Assembly (NCBI GenBank): GCA_945906715.1
Contig: CAMDRK010000001.1
Span: 1-45,920, forward strand
DNA from: Nitrospira lenta
GTDB lineage: Bacteria > Nitrospirota > Nitrospiria > Nitrospirales > Nitrospiraceae
Reading direction: 5' to 3'
Length of the DNA: 45,920 bases
Shown here: piece by piece, positions 42,289-45,920 of the stretch
Layout of the letters: each line of letters begins with the position of its first letter
Numbering within the stretch: the first letter of the stretch is position 1
Program-made: the position numbers and the translations under genes
Notes under the pieces: generated by a model
What the model was told of the DNA's origin: nothing
The model's database searches: none
Seen by the model: the letters and a program-made list of their open reading frames with translations, nothing else

Positions 42289-42412
42289 GCAGGATGCTGA
42301 AAAAGTCCGCCAGCATCGTTCTCGCATCGCTCAGAGGCTCAACGTACCGAAGCGTACGCCTCGCCTCTTCGCTCGCTGCGGCCTTGCTGGACGGCCATTT
42401 TGAGCATCCTGC
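42289..42412 (+). repeat. P125 element, full copy
   Basis: GCAGGATGCTGAAAAAGTCCGCCAGCATCGTTCTCGCATCG...GTACCGAAGCGTAC...GGCCATTTTGAGCATCCTGC. Lies between dapA and dapB. Confidence 0.85.
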
Positions 42413-42487
42413 GACTATCTTGACCTCAGCGCCATCGGTAAGATGCCATTGGCGGTTTATGTATAAATCGAATTTCCCCGCAGCCTG

Positions 42488-43360
42488 CTAGATGAGGCCT
42501 GCATCCTTTAAGACCCGCGTCAGTTGATCCTTTGTCTCGGCCGCCATGGCGCAAAGCGGCAGCCGCAGCTCCGGATCGATTTTGCCCATCATGCCCAGCG
42601 CAGTTTTCACCGGAATCGGGTTAGTCTCATAAAAGAGCGCGGAGAAGAGCGGCGATAGTGCGAAATGAATCCGGCGCGCTTCGTCGATGCGTCCGCTCAA
42701 GAAGGCCTTAACCAATTGCGCCATCTCGGATGGGACAACGTTCGATGTCACGCTAATGACCCCTTTCCCTCCGACTGCCATCATGGGCAACGTCAGGGCA
42801 TCATCTCCGGCAAGAACGATCATCCGGTCGCCACACGTCTGCGCGATCTCAGAGGCCTGCTGGACTGACCCGCTCCCCTCTTTGATCCCGACAATGCTCT
42901 GCAATCCACAGAGTCTCGCGACTGTGGATGGCAGCATGTTCACACCGGTCCTTCCGGGTATGTTATACAGAACTTGCGGAAGATCCACGGATTCCGCAAT
43001 CGCCTTATAGTGCCGGTACAACCCCTCTTGCGTCGGCTTGTTGTAATAGGGCGTAATGATCAGTGCCCCGTCGGCCCCTGCCTGCTTGGCATGCTTCGTG
43101 AGGGACACCGCTTCTTCCGTACTGTTGGAGCCGGTCCCGGCAATCACGGGAACGCGGCGATTGACCACTTCGACGGTCAATTCAACTACGCGATGGTGTT
43201 CCTGATGCGAGAGGGTGGCGGACTCTCCGGTGGTGCCACAGGGCACAATTCCGTTCGTCCCGTTGGCAATTTGCCATTCTATAAGGTCGCCGAAGGCCCG
43301 CTCGTCAACCTTGCCATTCCTGAACGGGGTCACTATGGCAATCAATGCGCCGGTAAACAT
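42488..43360 (-). CDS. dapA: 4-hydroxy-tetrahydrodipicolinate synthase
   Basis: Contains MFTGALIAIVTPF...GTTGESATLS...YNIPGRTG...IVGIKEGSG. ATG 43360 is preceded by GGAGGGG. Confidence 0.9.
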   Translation of the reverse strand: MFTGALIAIVTPFRNGKVDERAFGDLIEWQIANGTNGIVPCGTTGESATLSHQEHHRVVELTVEVVNRRVPVIAGTGSNSTEEAVSLTKHAKQAGADGALIITPYYNKPTQEGLYRHYKAIAESVDLPQVLYNIPGRTGVNMLPSTVARLCGLQSIVGIKEGSGSVQQASEIAQTCGDRMIVLAGDDALTLPMMAVGGKGVISVTSNVVPSEMAQLVKAFLSGRIDEARRIHFALSPLFSALFYETNPIPVKTALGMMGKIDPELRLPLCAMAAETKDQLTRVLKDAGLI

Positions 43361-43389
43361 GTTCACCCCTCCGCCGCGGAATCCATTCC

Positions 43390-44652
43390 TCAATTAAGGA
43401 ATGCCGGAATCGTTTCGCCCTTTATCAAGTCCTCGTACGTCTCTCTGGCCTTGATGACGTGGATCTCCCCATCCTTGATCAAGACTTCCGGCACCCGAGG
43501 CCGTGAATTATAATTCGAGGCCATCACAAATCCATAGGCCCCTGCGCTCATCACCGCCAGCATGTCCCCAGGATTGACCTCCGGCAACGACCGGTCTTTC
43601 GCCAGAAAATCTCCGGACTCGCAGACCGGACCGACCACATCCACGTGATGCTTGGGCCGCTGTAACACCGCCTCTGACAAGGGGCGAATCTCGTGATAGG
43701 CCCCGTAGAGGCTCGGCCGGATCAGGTCATTCATCGCTGCATCGACGATGATGAACCGCTTTGCTTCGCCGTCTTTCCGATATAACACCTTCGTTACGAG
43801 AATACCTGCGTTGCCCACGATGACACGACCAGGCTCCATGATCAGGGTGATATTCAAATCCTTCAGCAGTGGCGACACGGCATCTGCAAGATCCTGCGGC
43901 AACGGCGGCGTTTCGTCCGAGTAGGTAATACCAAGGCCGCCGCCGATATTGACATAGCGGATGTTGATGCCCTGCGACTTCAAAGCTCCAACCAGCTTCA
44001 CCACCTTCTTCACGGCCTCGACGAACGGCGTGACTTCGGTCAACTGTGACCCGATATGCTTGTGAACCCCGACGACATCGATGTTGGCGAGCGAGGAAGC
44101 CAGGGCGAACTCTTCGAGCGCCCGGTCGGCGGCAATCCCAAACTTGCTCTTTTTGAGACCGGTCGAAATGTAGGGGTGCGTTTTCGGATCGATGTCAGGA
44201 TTGATGCGGAGGGCGACTCTCGCCTTGGTTCCGACGGAAGCCGCCACTTCATTCAGCGCCTGCAGCTCGGCCGAGGACTCGACGTTGAACATGAGGACGT
44301 CGGCCTTCAGGGCCTCGCGAATCTCCTCCGCGCTCTTGCCGACGCCCGCAAAAACGATCTTTGAGGGAAGGACGCCCGCCTTGAGCGCCCGAAAGAGTTC
44401 TCCCCCTGACACAATATCCACCCCGCTCCCCTCCTTGGCCATAAGGCGGAGGATCGCGATATTGGAATTGGCCTTCATGGCGAAGGCAATCACATGGGGA
44501 ATACTTTTGAAGGCCCCGTCATAGGCCCGGTAATGACGAACGAGGGTCGTGTAGCTGTAGACGTAACACGGCGTGCCGACCTCCTTGGCGATCCGGCTAA
44601 CCGGCACCTGCTCGCAATAGAGTTCACCGTGTCGATACTCAAAATTATGCAT
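43390..44652 (-). CDS. lysA: diaminopimelate decarboxylase
   Basis: Contains TPCYVYS, the PLP-Lys context FAMKANSN, IGGGLG and CESGD. ATG 44652 overlaps the upstream gene's end by 8 nt. Confidence 0.9.
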   Translation of the reverse strand: MHNFEYRHGELYCEQVPVSRIAKEVGTPCYVYSYTTLVRHYRAYDGAFKSIPHVIAFAMKANSNIAILRLMAKEGSGVDIVSGGELFRALKAGVLPSKIVFAGVGKSAEEIREALKADVLMFNVESSAELQALNEVAASVGTKARVALRINPDIDPKTHPYISTGLKKSKFGIAADRALEEFALASSLANIDVVGVHKHIGSQLTEVTPFVEAVKKVVKLVGALKSQGINIRYVNIGGGLGITYSDETPPLPQDLADAVSPLLKDLNITLIMEPGRVIVGNAGILVTKVLYRKDGEAKRFIIVDAAMNDLIRPSLYGAYHEIRPLSEAVLQRPKHHVDVVGPVCESGDFLAKDRSLPEVNPGDMLAVMSAGAYGFVMASNYNSRPRVPEVLIKDGEIHVIKARETYEDLIKGETIPAFLN

Positions 44653-45920
44653 CCTGCAAATCTTCGTTGAGATGCTCGATACCTGCAAGCGGGAAGCCTT
44701 GCAATGAGGCTTCGAACGCATCCTTGAATTTACGATAGCGAACCTTCACATTCGGAATGGCTATCTTCATCGCGTCTGAGGCCACCAACGCTTTGAGGGC
44801 GTCTGGCGTCGCCAGCTTGAGGTGCTCGAAGTTGACGATGATGTCCATGCTTGCCTGATTGGCCGCTTCCTTGATTCGCTTGATCAATTCCAAGGCATTC
44901 AGGCGATCGAGCGTGCCCTCAAGATCTACAAACAACGCGGCAAACTTGTCATGCCGCTTGGCCTTGATGTGGAAAATCAACTGTTGCGCCGAGAGCGCGT
45001 TCGGATCTAATGCCTGCTTCAGTGCATGCAACGCGCTAGGAATTAATTTCTCCTTGTCCAACACCGGGAGCTTCGCTTGGAGATTCTTCAACACCCCCGC
45101 GAGCGGCGATAGGGACGCTTTGGGACAGGTTCGCTTGACCAATTTCCGGAACTCCCGATTCATCTCCAATCGCGGAATGAGCCGTTGACTCGTGCCCGAC
45201 AACCGTTTCCAGATTGAAGGGATCGAATAGAATTCATGATTGGCCCAGTGGAAGCCATCTTGTAGTTGCTCAACCGTCATACGGCTAGGCTGGTACACCA
45301 CATGCTTGCCATCGTACTTCGCCCAGTCCCTATCGAAGATACGACCGGCCTTTTCATAGCGGTCGTACAGCGTCGTACCGGGAAGGGGCGTCAGCACGTT
45401 GAAGTACGCCAATTCCACCTGGTTCTTCGTCAAGAAGTCGACGGCCCGTTCGAACACGGTCACATCGTCGCTGTCGAATCCGAACACGATCCCAGGATTC
45501 ACCATAATGCCGTAATCGTGGAACATCTTGATTTCATCGGAGAACTTCTTGACTCGGTTAAACGGCTTGTTCGTTTCATCCAACGCGTCTTCATCGAGCG
45601 ATTCCATCCCGACGAAGACCGACACGCAACCGCTCTCAGCCGCAAGCTTGACCATCTCCTCGTCGTCAGCGAGGAACATCGTGGACTGGCAACCCCATTT
45701 AATCTTGAGCGGCTTCAGCGCGGCCCAGAGCTCACGGCAATAGGTACGGTTGCTGTTGTGCAAGTCATCGACAAACGCGACAATGCTGCCGTCCTCGATT
45801 CCTACACGAATTCGAAGCGCGGTAACGAAGGCGGTCCACATCGGCTCGTCTCGCAAACGCTCGACCAATTCGCTGCGAATCCATCGCTGAACATTGCGAA
45901 GTTCCGTGATCACTTCCGGC
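44645..45920 (-). CDS. radical-SAM (B12-binding-type) protein with extra C-terminal STAS-like region; 5' end outside window
   Basis: The frame is open to the window edge (..PEVITELRNVQRW). Reads FVDDLHNSNR...VFVGMESLDEDALDETNKP...VNPGIVFGFDSD...LTPLPGT. The CxxxCxxC cluster would lie upstream of the window. Confidence 0.8.
   Translation of the reverse strand, partial: PEVITELRNVQRWIRSELVERLRDEPMWTAFVTALRIRVGIEDGSIVAFVDDLHNSNRTYCRELWAALKPLKIKWGCQSTMFLADDEEMVKLAAESGCVSVFVGMESLDEDALDETNKPFNRVKKFSDEIKMFHDYGIMVNPGIVFGFDSDDVTVFERAVDFLTKNQVELAYFNVLTPLPGTTLYDRYEKAGRIFDRDWAKYDGKHVVYQPSRMTVEQLQDGFHWANHEFYSIPSIWKRLSGTSQRLIPRLEMNREFRKLVKRTCPKASLSPLAGVLKNLQAKLPVLDKEKLIPSALHALKQALDPNALSAQQLIFHIKAKRHDKFAALFVDLEGTLDRLNALELIKRIKEAANQASMDIIVNFEHLKLATPDALKALVASDAMKIAIPNVKVRYRKFKDAFEASLQGFPLAGIEHLNEDLQDA

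Noticed and set aside
1-45920. Scan for tRNA, rRNA, tmRNA, RNase P and known riboswitch signatures
   Set aside because: I saw no T-loop GGTTCGAATCC-type motifs in cloverleaf context, no rRNA-like conserved blocks, and no leader I could match to a riboswitch class. A visual scan is weak for small RNAs, so absence is not proven.

Overview
This is a 45.9-kb chromosomal window, gene-dense on both strands. Spot counts gave about 58% GC in ordinary regions. Most genes are housekeeping: gpsA (cut at the left edge), truD, folK-panC, the lysine/DAP genes dapL, dapB, dapA and lysA, transaldolase, rmuC, a family-5-like uracil-DNA glycosylase, glycerate kinase, an SLT lytic transglycosylase and an ABC-2 exporter operon.

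Accessory material:
- One intact IS630-family insertion sequence (about 1970-3042).
- An AT-richer island (about 10.1-13.3 kb, 47-50% GC in spot counts) with a coupled HNH-nuclease/MazG-like pair, a frameshifted ORF6N gene and a HepT-MntA toxin-antitoxin pair.
- A VapBC-like pair at 20.0-20.7 kb.
- A split version of the cyanobacterial ArgZ/AgrE arginine dihydrolase / LOR-SDH enzyme at 3.1-5.3 kb.

The most unusual signal is non-coding. Many of the longer intergenic gaps hold one of three kinds of structured repeat:
1. Long hairpins whose arms are tandem 6-9-nt repeats. There are 13 loci plus one single-arm fragment, with several unrelated motifs but one shared architecture.
2. A palindromic element of about 125 nt with GCAGGATGCTGAAAAAG termini. 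There are 5 copies plus 1 fragment.
3. A palindromic element with a conserved CACTGCGCGCGTCCAACGAGGG...GCGCGTTGCGCGAGCACAG core. Its outer stems differ between copies but stay self-complementary. It occurs as an array at 13.4-14.0 kb plus 2 dispersed copies.

Several genes take their stop codon or C-terminal tail from these repeats.

I found no rRNA, tRNA or CRISPR array. The taxon cannot be proven from the window. My unverified impression is a Nitrospirota-like genome. All repeat coordinates were read by eye (about +/-3 nt), and no folding energies or database searches were possible.
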